The notes beneath the pieces are model-generated. The model was given only the letters and a program-made list of their open reading frames with translations, made no database searches and was not told the origin of the DNA. The translations under genes and the position numbers were made by a program. A stretch of DNA of 64,000 bases from Candidatus Poseidoniia archaeon (GTDB taxonomy: Archaea; Thermoplasmatota; Poseidoniia; MGIII; CG-Epi1), in assembly GCA_030754655.1 (NCBI GenBank), contig JASLZX010000001.1, forward strand, positions 91,059 to 155,058. Direction: 5' to 3'. Within the stretch, counting starts at the first letter, position 1; each line of letters starts with the position of its first letter. Below are positions 45,804 to 55,055 of this stretch, piece after piece.

Positions 45804-46364
45804 ATGGAGCTGGGGCTAGTGACCTCCAACGTGGGCAAGCTGCGCGAGCTGGCGGCGGCGCTGGAGCCGGCGGGTCACACGGTCGCGCAGCGCGCGCTGG
45901 AGTATCCTGAGGTTCAGGCGGCGAGCCTCAAGGCGGTGGTCGAGTTCGGGCTCGAGTGGCTGGCGCAGCGCCATGCGGGCGAGGCGCTGCTCATCGACGA
46001 CGCGGGGCTTTTCGTCGACGCGCTGGGCGGCTTCCCCGGCGTCTACAGCCGCTACGCGTACGACACCATTGGCCCGGCCGGCGTGCTGGCGCTGCTCGGC
46101 GATGAGGGGGCGCGCAGCGCCGAGTTCCGCTGCGTGCTCGGTTTGCTGTTGCCCGACGGCGGTCGCCAGCAGTTCCGCGGCAGCTGCCGCGGCCGCATCA
46201 CCCGCGCACCGCGCGGCGACGGCGGGTTCGGCTACGACCCAGTCTTCGTCCCCGCAGGCGACGAACGGACTTTCGCCGAGCTGCCGCTGGCGGAGAAGAA
46301 TGCGGTCAGCCATCGCGGACGGGCGTTGGCGACGTTGGCCGTGTATCTCGGCGACAGCGGCTAG
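45804..46364 (+). CDS. Non-canonical purine NTP pyrophosphatase (RdgB/Ham1, ITPase)
   Basis: MELGLVTSNVGKLRE… with …GFGYDPVF… and SHRGRA Ham1 motifs. The track ORF 45666.. is an extension over the tRNA. Confidence 0.8.
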   Translation: MELGLVTSNVGKLRELAAALEPAGHTVAQRALEYPEVQAASLKAVVEFGLEWLAQRHAGEALLIDDAGLFVDALGGFPGVYSRYAYDTIGPAGVLALLGDEGARSAEFRCVLGLLLPDGGRQQFRGSCRGRITRAPRGDGGFGYDPVFVPAGDERTFAELPLAEKNAVSHRGRALATLAVYLGDSG

Positions 46365-46723
46365 CCGGGCCGGTAGGCGCAGCGCGTATCGCCCTCTTCG
46401 GCAACGATGACTTCGACCAGCCCCGGCAGCGCCGGTTCCAGCCGCTCGAAGACCCAGCGCGCCAGCACTTCGGTCGTCGGGTTTTCCAGCCCCGCGACGT
46501 CGTTGAGGTAATTATGGTCAATCAGGCTGCCGACCCCCACTTCGTAGGCGGCATCGACGTCGTAGTAGTCGGCGACCCACTGCTGCTCGTTATCGTTGTC
46601 GCCCTCGATGGCGAGCGTGACCGTGAAGCGGTGGCCGTGCAGCCGGTGGCAGGGGTGCTCGGCGGGCAGCCGCGGCAGCCGTCGCGCCGCCTCGACGGTA
46701 TAGTCACGCTCGATGCGAAACAC
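46361..46723 (-). CDS. queD: 6-carboxytetrahydropterin synthase QueD (PTPS family)
   Basis: CHRLHGHRFTV is the Cx(3)HGH PTPS motif. A GTG start giving (M)FRIERDYTVEAARRLP… yields a canonical 121-aa QueD. The track ORF to 46873 would overlap the divergent metG start. Confidence 0.65.
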   Translation of the reverse strand: MFRIERDYTVEAARRLPRLPAEHPCHRLHGHRFTVTLAIEGDNDNEQQWVADYYDVDAAYEVGVGSLIDHNYLNDVAGLENPTTEVLARWVFERLEPALPGLVEVIVAEEGDTRCAYRPG

Positions 46724-46808
46724 GGTCGGGCAGCCGCGCGGGGATAAGAGCGCTGTCACCCCATCGCCGGCGCCCGTGGCTGATTTATATCGGGAGGGAT
46801 GCGCCACC

Positions 46809-48803
46809 GTGAAGCACATCCTCGTCGCGGTCGCGTGGCCATACGCCAACGGGCCGTTACACTTGGGCCACATGGCGGGCTGCTACCTGCCGGCCGACAT
46901 CTTCGCGCGCTACCACCGGCTGAAGGGCAACCGAGTGCTGATGGTCAGCGGCAGTGACATGCACGGCACCCCCATCATGGTCACCGCGCAGCAGGAAGGC
47001 GCCAAACCGGAGGAGGTCGCGCTGCGCTACCACAAGATCATCACCAGTTCGCTCGAGGAAATGGGGATTTCCTTCGACCTGTTCACCCACACGCACACGC
47101 CCGAGCATGAGGCGGCGGTACACGAGATTCTCGGGCGGCTCGATGAAGCAGGTTTCATCGAGCCTCGCACCACCACCGCGCCGTATGACCCGAAGGCGGG
47201 GCAGTTCCTGCCCGACCGCTACGTCGAGGGCACTTGCCCCCACTGCAAGTCGACCGGCGCGCGGGGCGACCAGTGCGACGAATGCGGCAAGCCGCTCGAC
47301 GCGGATGAACTCATCGACCCGCACCCGAAGCTGAACCCCGAAGTTGCTCTGGAGTTCCGCGAGACCGAGCATCTCTTCTTCCGGCTCTCGGCGTTCCGCG
47401 AGCAGCTGCTCGAGTGGCTCTCCGAGGGCAAAGGCCACTGGAAGTCGAACGTGCTCAACTTCACCCGCAACTGGCTCGAGGAAGGCCTTGTGGATCGCGC
47501 CGTGACGCGCGACCTGGAGTGGGGCGTCCCGGTTCCGCGCGATGGCTACGAAAGCAAGCGCATCTACGTCTGGTTCGAGGCGGTGATGGGCTACTACTCG
47601 GCGTCGCGCCACTGGGCGCAGTTGCAGGGTGAACCGGAGGAGTGGCGCAAGTGGTGGGACGACCCTGAGGCGGAGCACCGCTACTTCATGGCCAAGGACA
47701 ACATCCCGTTCCACACCATCATCTGGCCGGCGACGCTGCTCGGCTGCGGAATGCAATTACCGCACGACGTCCCGGCCAACGAATACCTGCTTCTGGACTC
47801 GGCGCAGTTCTCCAAATCGCGCCGCCACGCGGTCTGGATTCCCGACTATCTCGAGCGCTACGACTCGGAGGCGCTACGCTACTACCTAGCGGCAGTCATG
47901 CCCGAGCAGAAGGACGCCAATTTTTACTGGGAGGATTACGTCACGCGCGTCAATACCGAACTCATCGGCAACCTGGGCAACTTGCTGCACCGCGTCGTTT
48001 CCTTCGCGCAGAAGAACTTCCCCGACGGGCTCCACACCGATGAATGCGCGCTGCCGGAGCTGCGCGACCGCGTCGCGACCGCGCACGCGAAAATGGACGC
48101 GGCGCTCGCGGCGTGCAAGTTCAAGCGCGGGCTGGCGGCGCTGCTCGAGTTGTCGCAAGCGACCAACGCCGCGCTCAACTCGGCGGCGCCGTGGAAGCTG
48201 CTGAAGCAGGACCGCGCCGCGTGCGAGGCACAGCTGGTCGGCTTCCTGAACGTCTGCCGCGCGCTCTCAATCATGATGACGCCGTTCCTGCCCCGGACGG
48301 GAGAAACCGCCTGGCGCTACCTTGGCCAGCCGGGAACGCCACAGGTGGTGGGTTGGGAGGCGGCGCTGGACGGCGCGACTGATTTTACCCTGCAGCGGCC
48401 CGAACCGCTGTTTGCAAAACTGGACCTGAAACAGGTTCTGGAGAAAGAAATGCCCCAAAACGAGCTACCAGAGCTAAAGCCAGAAATCAGCTTCGACGAC
48501 TTCAAGAAGCTGGACATCCGCGTCGGCACCGTTGTCGGAGTGGAGAAGCACCCGGACGCTGACAAGCTGTGGCTGCTGGACGTCGATTTCGGCGGACCCA
48601 CGCGCCGGCTCGTCACCGGCCTGCGCGGCATCTACGAGACCGACGAGCTACAGGGGCGACAGATTGCGGTGCTCGTCAACCTGCAGCGCGCCAAGTTCCG
48701 CGGCGTCGAGTCGGAAGGGATGTTGCTGGCCGCCGAGAGCGGCAAAATGGTGAGCCTGCTCCAGCCTGACCAGCAAGTGGAGAACGGCAGCAGAATTCAC
48801 TGA
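46809..48803 (+). CDS. metG: Methionyl-tRNA synthetase with C-terminal EMAP/Trbp111-like tRNA-binding domain
   Basis: HIGH-type (PYANGPLHLGHMAG), Zn knuckles (CPHCKS…CDECGK), KMSKS-type (FSKSRRH) and a C-terminal OB-fold domain. GTG start at 46809 with gggaggg about 8 nt upstream. Confidence 0.9.
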   Translation: MKHILVAVAWPYANGPLHLGHMAGCYLPADIFARYHRLKGNRVLMVSGSDMHGTPIMVTAQQEGAKPEEVALRYHKIITSSLEEMGISFDLFTHTHTPEHEAAVHEILGRLDEAGFIEPRTTTAPYDPKAGQFLPDRYVEGTCPHCKSTGARGDQCDECGKPLDADELIDPHPKLNPEVALEFRETEHLFFRLSAFREQLLEWLSEGKGHWKSNVLNFTRNWLEEGLVDRAVTRDLEWGVPVPRDGYESKRIYVWFEAVMGYYSASRHWAQLQGEPEEWRKWWDDPEAEHRYFMAKDNIPFHTIIWPATLLGCGMQLPHDVPANEYLLLDSAQFSKSRRHAVWIPDYLERYDSEALRYYLAAVMPEQKDANFYWEDYVTRVNTELIGNLGNLLHRVVSFAQKNFPDGLHTDECALPELRDRVATAHAKMDAALAACKFKRGLAALLELSQATNAALNSAAPWKLLKQDRAACEAQLVGFLNVCRALSIMMTPFLPRTGETAWRYLGQPGTPQVVGWEAALDGATDFTLQRPEPLFAKLDLKQVLEKEMPQNELPELKPEISFDDFKKLDIRVGTVVGVEKHPDADKLWLLDVDFGGPTRRLVTGLRGIYETDELQGRQIAVLVNLQRAKFRGVESEGMLLAAESGKMVSLLQPDQQVENGSRIH

Positions 48804-48890
48804 CGACTGATATTTAAAAAAAACAGTGCCGGTGGAGGCATCTGGCGGCTACAGCGAAATCCCTTAAGCCGCCCCACTTCCCGGCGTGTG

Positions 48891-48963
48891 GGGCCCGTAG
48901 CCTAGCTGGAAAGGCGCCGGCCTTCTAAGCCGGAGACCCGGGGTTCGAATCCCCGCGGGCCCG
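48891..48963 (+). tRNA. tRNA-Arg (anticodon TCT); CCA encoded (48964-48966)
   Basis: Acceptor GGGCCCG/CGGGCCC. D-stem GCCT/AGGC. Anticodon stem CCGGC/GCCGG with loop CTTCTAA. T-arm CGGGG-TTCGAAT-CCCCG. Confidence 0.85.
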
Positions 48964-49009
48964 CCATGCCCCACCTCACGGCCGCTGGCCGTGCGGGTGA
49001 GCCCGACAC

Positions 49010-49948
49010 TCACTCGCCGAAGAACTCCGCGGCATCAACATTACCGCCAGTGAGAATGACGCCGATGCGCTGTGCGTCGCTCGCGAAGTCGGGCGAGAGC
49101 GTCGCCGCGAAGCCGATCACGCCGCTCGGTTCGACCAGCAGCCCCAGCTCGTCGCGCAGCAGCCGCATCGCCCGCCGCACACCGTCGTCATCGACGGTGA
49201 TGATGGCGGCAAGGTGGTCACGTAGGATGGGCCAGGTCAGCTCGCCGAGACTGGAGAGCAGGCCGTCGCAGATGGTGTCGGGTCCGGTTTGCGGGATGAA
49301 CTTCCCGGCGGCCAGCGACCGCGCCGCGTCATCGGCGCCAGCCGGTTCAGCGCCGTAGAGCGCGACCGCGGGCGCGGTGCCCCGCATGGCGATGCAGGTG
49401 CCCGAGAGCAACCCGCCGCCGCCGATCGGCGTGATGATGGCGTCGAGCTCGGCCTGTGCCAGCAGCTCCAGCGCGGCGGTCCCCTGCCCGGCAATCACGC
49501 GCGCGTCATCGTAGGGATGCACCAGCACCGCGCCGGTCTCGCGCTGCACTTCCGCCAGCGCGCTTTTGCGCGCTGCCAGCGTCGGTTCGCAGAGCGTGAT
49601 TTGGGCGTCGTAGCCCTCGACCGCGCGCAGCTTTAGCGGCATTACGTTCCGAGGCATTACGATATGCGCCGCGATGCCGCGCATCTGCGCCGCGAGCGCC
49701 AGTGCCTGCGCGTGGTTGCCGCTGCTGTGGGTGCAGACGCCGCGCGTCGCTTCGGAGTTGGAGAGCGACGCGACCGCGTTCCACGCGCCACGGAATTTGA
49801 ATGCCCCTACTTTCTGCAGGTTTTCGCACTTAAAGACCAGTTGGCGACCAGCCAGCTCGTCCAGCGCGCCGGACGTCCTGACCGGCGTCCGCAGCGCCAC
49901 GCCATCGAGCCGCGCAGCGGCAGCGTGGATATCGGCGAGCGTGACCAT
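49010..49948 (-). CDS. PLP-dependent threonine/serine dehydratase (serine-racemase-like, fold type II)
   Basis: PLP-lysine motif …VGAFKFRGAWNAV… plus SGNHAQA and GGGGL loops. 312 aa. Confidence 0.75.
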   Translation of the reverse strand: MVTLADIHAAAARLDGVALRTPVRTSGALDELAGRQLVFKCENLQKVGAFKFRGAWNAVASLSNSEATRGVCTHSSGNHAQALALAAQMRGIAAHIVMPRNVMPLKLRAVEGYDAQITLCEPTLAARKSALAEVQRETGAVLVHPYDDARVIAGQGTAALELLAQAELDAIITPIGGGGLLSGTCIAMRGTAPAVALYGAEPAGADDAARSLAAGKFIPQTGPDTICDGLLSSLGELTWPILRDHLAAIITVDDDGVRRAMRLLRDELGLLVEPSGVIGFAATLSPDFASDAQRIGVILTGGNVDAAEFFGE

Positions 49949-50126
49949 CGTGCTCCCAGCCCGCGAAGGGATTATATCAGACCACCAACGCCGAATGCCG
50001 GCTCGAGTTGGGACTGTTCAGCTACTACCTGCACGGCCGCCCCTACTCCGGCCCGGTGCGTGGCACGCTGCGGGTCGAGCGCGCGCTGTCGCGGGACGCT
50101 CATTAACTCCCCCCGGCTGGCTCCGC

Positions 50127-50939
50127 GTGGGCGAATCCCCCTTCCGTGACGACCTGTTCGCGGGCACGCGCGTGCTCGTGACGGGCGGCGGCACCGGGAT
50201 GGGGCTGGCGTTCGCCACCGCCTTTGCGGCGCACGGCGCGCAGGTCGCGATTGCGTCGCGCAACGACGCGCATCTCGCGGCGGGCGCGACCGCCATCGCC
50301 AAAGCTACCGGCGCGGAAGCGCTGACGCACGTCGTTGATGTGCGCGATAGCGAGAGCGTGGCGACGCTCGCCGCCACGCTCGAATCGGAATGGGGTGCGC
50401 TCGACATACTGGTTAACAATGCCGCCGGGAACTTCTTCGCGCCGGTAGCCGAAATGAGCGAAAACGCCTGGCGCGCGGTCGTCGACATCGTGCTCGACGG
50501 CACCTTCCGCGTCTCGCGTGCGTGCCACCCGCTGCTCTGCAAGGGGCGCGACGCCAGCGTCGTGAACGTCGTCGCCAACTACGCCTGGGGTGCCGCATCC
50601 TTCGTCGCGCACTCCGGCGCCGCGAAGGCGGGGGTGCTGAACCTGACGCGGTCGCTGGCGCTCGAGTGGGCCAGCCATGGAATCCGCGTCAACGCGCTCT
50701 GCCCTGGTGTCGTGCCTACGGAAGGCGCGAAAGCCAACCTGTTCCCGGCGCCTGAAATGGAGCAGATGATTACTGACACCATCCCGCGCGGGCGGCTCGC
50801 GACCGCCGACGAGATGGCATTGCAGGTGCTCTGGCTCGCCGCGAGCGACTACGTGACCGGTGAATGCCTGGTTGCCGACGGAGGGCAGTGGCTGGCGGGC
50901 AACCCGTACTACACGCTCGGGAAGCTGGTCGCCGACTAG
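50127..50939 (+). CDS. Short-chain dehydrogenase/reductase (SDR) family oxidoreductase
   Basis: TRVLVTGGGTGMGLA Rossmann motif, NNAAG and the catalytic S…Y…K. Likely GTG start at 50127. The track ORF 49674.. overlaps the convergent dehydratase. Confidence 0.7.
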   Translation: MGESPFRDDLFAGTRVLVTGGGTGMGLAFATAFAAHGAQVAIASRNDAHLAAGATAIAKATGAEALTHVVDVRDSESVATLAATLESEWGALDILVNNAAGNFFAPVAEMSENAWRAVVDIVLDGTFRVSRACHPLLCKGRDASVVNVVANYAWGAASFVAHSGAAKAGVLNLTRSLALEWASHGIRVNALCPGVVPTEGAKANLFPAPEMEQMITDTIPRGRLATADEMALQVLWLAASDYVTGECLVADGGQWLAGNPYYTLGKLVAD

Positions 50940-52738
50940 TTGCCCGAGAAACGGTGGTCGCCCGCAAAGCCGGCGTCCGGCATCGCCATCATGGTTTTCG
51001 CGCCGGAAGCGATGGCGACCGCGCGCGCGATGGTTTCGGGGAAGACACGCTCGAAGAAGTAGCGGCCCGTAATGAGTTTGTATTCGTAGAACTCGTCGCT
51101 TCCGCGCTTCGCAAAGGCGACCTTCAGCATCTGTAACCACATGTAGCCCAGCGCCACCAGCCCGAACTGCCGCAGGTAGTCGGTCGCTCCAGCGCCGATT
51201 TCGCGCGGGTTTCCCATTCCTTTTTGGGCCAGGAACATGCTGGTCTTCTGGAGCCCGCGCAACCCTTTCGCAAATGGCTCGACAAACTCCTTCAGGTCGG
51301 GGTCGTCGCGATGCTGCTCGACAAACTCCAGCGCGGGGTGGAAGAAGCGACGCAGCAGCCGCCCCATGTCGCGCGGCAGCTTGCGTCCCGCCAAGTCAAG
51401 TGCTTGGATGCCGTTGGTACCTTCCCAGATGGGGGCAATCCGCAGGTCGCGCACGAATTGCTCCATGCCGTGCTCGCGGATGTAGCCGTGGCCGCCGTAA
51501 ATTTGCAGCATGTCGTTGGTGATTTCGCACCCCAGGTCAGTGCAGAGCGCCTTGACAATCGGCGTCAGGATTTCGACCAGTTCGCCGTTCTCCTCGCGTA
51601 TTGCCTCGTCGGGGTCCGCCAGCGAGTGGTCAATCGAAATCCCGGTCCAGACCGCCAGACAGCGCATCCCCTCGATGAGCGACTTGGCGCGCAGTAGCAT
51701 CCGCCGGATGTCGGGATGCACTATCAGCGGGTCCGCCTCCTGCTCCGGATACCGGCCCCCTCCTAGGTCGCGCCCCTGCAGCCGGTCCAGTGCGTAGGCC
51801 AGCCCGTTTTGGTAGGCGATTTCAGCGACGCCGACGCCCTCCATGCCAACCGCCAGCCGCTCGTGGTTCATCATCGCGAACATCGCGCGCAGCCCGCGAT
51901 TTTCCTCGCCAATCAGCCAGCCCCGCGCATCCTCGAGCGCGATAACACAGGTCGGGGAGCCCTTGCACCCCATCTTCTCCTCAATTGAGAGTGCGCGGAT
52001 ACCGTTGCGCTCGCCCAGTGCCCCGTCGGCGTTGGGGATGAACTTGGGCACCAGGAAGAGCGAAATGCCCTTGACGCCCTGCGGCGCACCGGGCAGCCGC
52101 GCCAGTGTCAGGTGCAGGATGTTCTCGGTCAGGTCATGCTCGCCGCCGGTGATGAAAATCTTCTCGCCGTCGAGCCGGTAGCTGCCTTCATCATCGGGCT
52201 TCGCCTTCGTGCGCAGCAGCCCCAAATCGGTCCCACAGTGCGCCTCGGTCAGGCACATGGTGCTGAACCACTCGCCACTGACCATTTTCGGCAGGTAGAG
52301 CGACTTGAGTTCGTCGCTGCCATACTGGTGGATGCAGCGGTAGGCGCCCTTGGTAAGCCCGGTCATGGTCGCCAGCGCCATGTTGGTCGCGCACATCACC
52401 TCGTCGCCCAGCACCTCGAAGGCGGTCGGGAACCCCATCCCGCCATACTCGGGATGGGCGAAGAGCGTCACCAGCCCCGTGTCGCGGATGGCGTTGATGG
52501 CGTCGTGGAACTCAGGCGGGAGCGTCACCTCGCCATCCTTGAATTTGGCGCCAACCTGGTCGCCGAGCTGGTTGCCCGGGAACCAGATGTCCTCGGCGAT
52601 TTCGGCCACCTGGTCGATAATCATCTGCACCATTTCCCAGGTCGCCTCCTCGAAGATCGGGAACTGCGTCAGCTGCTCGACTTCCAGCACTTCGCGCAGG
52701 ACGAACTCGAACTCCCGTTTTGGCACGCGGTATTTCAT
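50936..52738 (-). CDS. Long-form acyl-CoA dehydrogenase (about 600 aa, with C-terminal extension)
   Basis: ACAD N/M/C domains (…EHCGTDLG…, …YGGHGYIRE…) and a 150-aa extra C-terminal domain. Convergent 4-nt overlap with the SDR gene. Confidence 0.85.
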   Translation of the reverse strand: MKYRVPKREFEFVLREVLEVEQLTQFPIFEEATWEMVQMIIDQVAEIAEDIWFPGNQLGDQVGAKFKDGEVTLPPEFHDAINAIRDTGLVTLFAHPEYGGMGFPTAFEVLGDEVMCATNMALATMTGLTKGAYRCIHQYGSDELKSLYLPKMVSGEWFSTMCLTEAHCGTDLGLLRTKAKPDDEGSYRLDGEKIFITGGEHDLTENILHLTLARLPGAPQGVKGISLFLVPKFIPNADGALGERNGIRALSIEEKMGCKGSPTCVIALEDARGWLIGEENRGLRAMFAMMNHERLAVGMEGVGVAEIAYQNGLAYALDRLQGRDLGGGRYPEQEADPLIVHPDIRRMLLRAKSLIEGMRCLAVWTGISIDHSLADPDEAIREENGELVEILTPIVKALCTDLGCEITNDMLQIYGGHGYIREHGMEQFVRDLRIAPIWEGTNGIQALDLAGRKLPRDMGRLLRRFFHPALEFVEQHRDDPDLKEFVEPFAKGLRGLQKTSMFLAQKGMGNPREIGAGATDYLRQFGLVALGYMWLQMLKVAFAKRGSDEFYEYKLITGRYFFERVFPETIARAVAIASGAKTMMAMPDAGFAGDHRFSGN

Positions 52739-52739
52739 T

Positions 52740-55055
52740 TCAGTTCCTCAGCGGTTTCCCCGTCGTGAGCATATGCTCAATCCGCGCCAGCGTCGGCGGC
52801 AGGCGCACCAGTGTCATGAACGCCTCGCGCTCCAAATCAAGGATATCTGAATCATCCAGCTCCTCGGTCGGGTCGGTATTGCCGCCGCTCAGCACGATAG
52901 CCAGCTGCCCCGCGACGACCTCGTCGTGCGGCGTCGCCTTGCCCGCGCGCCGCAAATCGGCGACCGCCATCTCGAGCCCCGTGCGGCCTGACGCCCCCGG
53001 CAGGCAATGTGTCGCCATTTCCGGCGGCTCGTAGCCGTCGACCATTTCCAGACAGCGCGTCTTGGCGTCGGCCAGCACGCGGTCGCGGTTCATCGTGATT
53101 CCATCGCCGTCGCGCAGGATTTGCATGTCGCGCGCCTCGAACGCGCTCGTCGCTACCTTGGCGGTGCCGACGTTCTCGAATATCTTTGTTACCGGCGCCA
53201 TCGGCCCATGCGGTCCGGCCGCGGCCCAGCGGCGCAGCATCTCCTTGCAACCGCCCCACGCGGGTACCAGCCCGACGCCGACCTCGACCAGCCCGGTGTA
53301 AGTCTCGGAGTGCGCCTGAATCACGTCGCACGCCAGCAGTACCTCACAGCCGCCGCCGATAGCGAGCCCGCTCGGCGCGCCGACGACCGGGAAGCTGGAG
53401 TGCTTGAGCGTCATGAATGCGAGTTGCCCGCCGCTAATCATCTTACCGATTTCGTCCCACGCGCCGACGTTGGCGACGAAGAGCGCCAGCCCGATATTGG
53501 CGCCAGCCGAGAAGTGCTCGCCGTCGTTGCCGACCACCAGACCCACGAAGTCGCCCCCCTCCACGACTTCGACTGCCTCGGCAACCATTTCCAGCCCGAG
53601 CGGGTCAATTGCGTTCATCTTGCTGTGGAATTCGAGCAGCGCGATCCCGTCGCCCGCGTCCCATAGCGAAGCCGACGCGTTGCTCGCCAGCGGTTTGTCC
53701 GCCCGGCGTAGGTCAGCGACGCACAGAACACCCGCGTCGCGCGGGACCGCGATGTAGCTGCCGTCGGCCAGTAGCTGCGTCTCGCCGTCGTAGAGCGGCT
53801 TGCCGTGCGCCAGCAGTGGCGGCACTGCAGAGCCATCAGCAGCCAGTCGCTCGCAGAACCACTCCACACCGAGCTCGTCAAGCATCTCGAACGGCCCGCG
53901 CTTCCAGCCATAGCCGAGTCGCATCGCCGCATCAACGTTGGCTGGCGCGACGGCGATTTCGGGGAGCAGCGACGCGGTGTAGGCGAGCGTCTGCGACAGC
54001 ACTTTCCACGCAAACTCGCCGCCGCGGTCGGGATATTCCACAAGCGTGCGCAGCCCCTGTTTCGCCGCCTTGGGCGACTCGAGCGCAACACGGCGGTTGG
54101 CGGGCGCGTATTCGCCCGTCTTCAGGCTGCGCGCCTCCTTCACCTTGCGACCGTCGTTGCGGTTGAGCCGGTAGAAGCCGCCCTTCCCCTTGCGGCCAGT
54201 GTAGCCGGCCGCAATCATCCCGGAGATGGTGGCGGCGATGCCGTTAGCTTCGGCTTCGGTGACGACGCGCCGGTAATCGTCCTCGGCGGGCAGCGTCGCC
54301 AGCATGCTTTCGGCGATGTGCGGCACTAAATCCAGCCCCACAAGGTCGAGCAGTCCGAACACCGCGGTCTTCGGCACGCCTATCGGGCGACCCATGACGG
54401 CGTCCGCCTCCTCGACGGTCAGCCCCATTTCAATCGCGGCGTTGATGGCGCACTGCATCCAGTAGCCGCCGATGCGGTTGCCGATGAATCCCGGCGTGTC
54501 ATTGCAAACCACGACCCCCTTGCCGAGCCGCCGGTCGGCGAAGTCCCGGAAGGCGGCAAGCCGCTCCGGCTCCATCGTCGGTGAAGGCACAATCTCCAGC
54601 AGCCGCAGGTAGCGCGGCGGATTGAAGAAGTGGGTGATCATGAAGTCGCGCGCGAAGCGCTTGCCCATCCCCTTCGTGAGCTGCGCGCACGGAATGGTCG
54701 AGGTATTGGAGCTGATGATACTGCCGTCCTTGCGGACTTTTTCGAGCTGTTTGAACACATTCTGCTTTATATTCAGGTCTTCGAGAACTACCTCGACAAT
54801 CCAGTCCGCCTCGGCGACGCGACCGAGATGGTCCTCCAGGTTGCCGGGCCGGATGCGCTCGGCAAAATCCGCATGCATCAGCGGTGCCGGCTTCGCCTTG
54901 CGCAGCCGTGCTATTGCGCTGCGCGCCAAGGCGTCGCGGTCCGCGGCGCCTTGCGGGACAATGTCGAGCAATTCCACACTCACACCAGCGTTGGCCAGGT
55001 GCGCCGCGATGCCGGCGCCCATAACGCCCGAGCCGATGACTGCTACGCGCTCCAT
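52740..55055 (-). CDS. Bifunctional 3-hydroxyacyl-CoA dehydrogenase (N-terminal) / enoyl-CoA hydratase (C-terminal)
   Basis: N-terminus VAVIGSGVMGAGIA (NAD-binding HCDH). C-terminus is crotonase fold (…GDGIALLEFHSKMNAIDPLGL…GGGCEVLLACD…). This is reversed relative to bacterial FadB. Start at MERVAVIG. Its ATG overlaps the thiolase stop. Confidence 0.8.
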   Translation of the reverse strand: MERVAVIGSGVMGAGIAAHLANAGVSVELLDIVPQGAADRDALARSAIARLRKAKPAPLMHADFAERIRPGNLEDHLGRVAEADWIVEVVLEDLNIKQNVFKQLEKVRKDGSIISSNTSTIPCAQLTKGMGKRFARDFMITHFFNPPRYLRLLEIVPSPTMEPERLAAFRDFADRRLGKGVVVCNDTPGFIGNRIGGYWMQCAINAAIEMGLTVEEADAVMGRPIGVPKTAVFGLLDLVGLDLVPHIAESMLATLPAEDDYRRVVTEAEANGIAATISGMIAAGYTGRKGKGGFYRLNRNDGRKVKEARSLKTGEYAPANRRVALESPKAAKQGLRTLVEYPDRGGEFAWKVLSQTLAYTASLLPEIAVAPANVDAAMRLGYGWKRGPFEMLDELGVEWFCERLAADGSAVPPLLAHGKPLYDGETQLLADGSYIAVPRDAGVLCVADLRRADKPLASNASASLWDAGDGIALLEFHSKMNAIDPLGLEMVAEAVEVVEGGDFVGLVVGNDGEHFSAGANIGLALFVANVGAWDEIGKMISGGQLAFMTLKHSSFPVVGAPSGLAIGGGCEVLLACDVIQAHSETYTGLVEVGVGLVPAWGGCKEMLRRWAAAGPHGPMAPVTKIFENVGTAKVATSAFEARDMQILRDGDGITMNRDRVLADAKTRCLEMVDGYEPPEMATHCLPGASGRTGLEMAVADLRRAGKATPHDEVVAGQLAIVLSGGNTDPTEELDDSDILDLEREAFMTLVRLPPTLARIEHMLTTGKPLRN

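Noticed and set aside
50103-51140. 345-aa minus-strand ORF overlapping the SDR and ACAD genes
   Set aside because: It overlaps two convergent genes with clear Rossmann and ACAD motifs. It is very Arg/Gly-rich.
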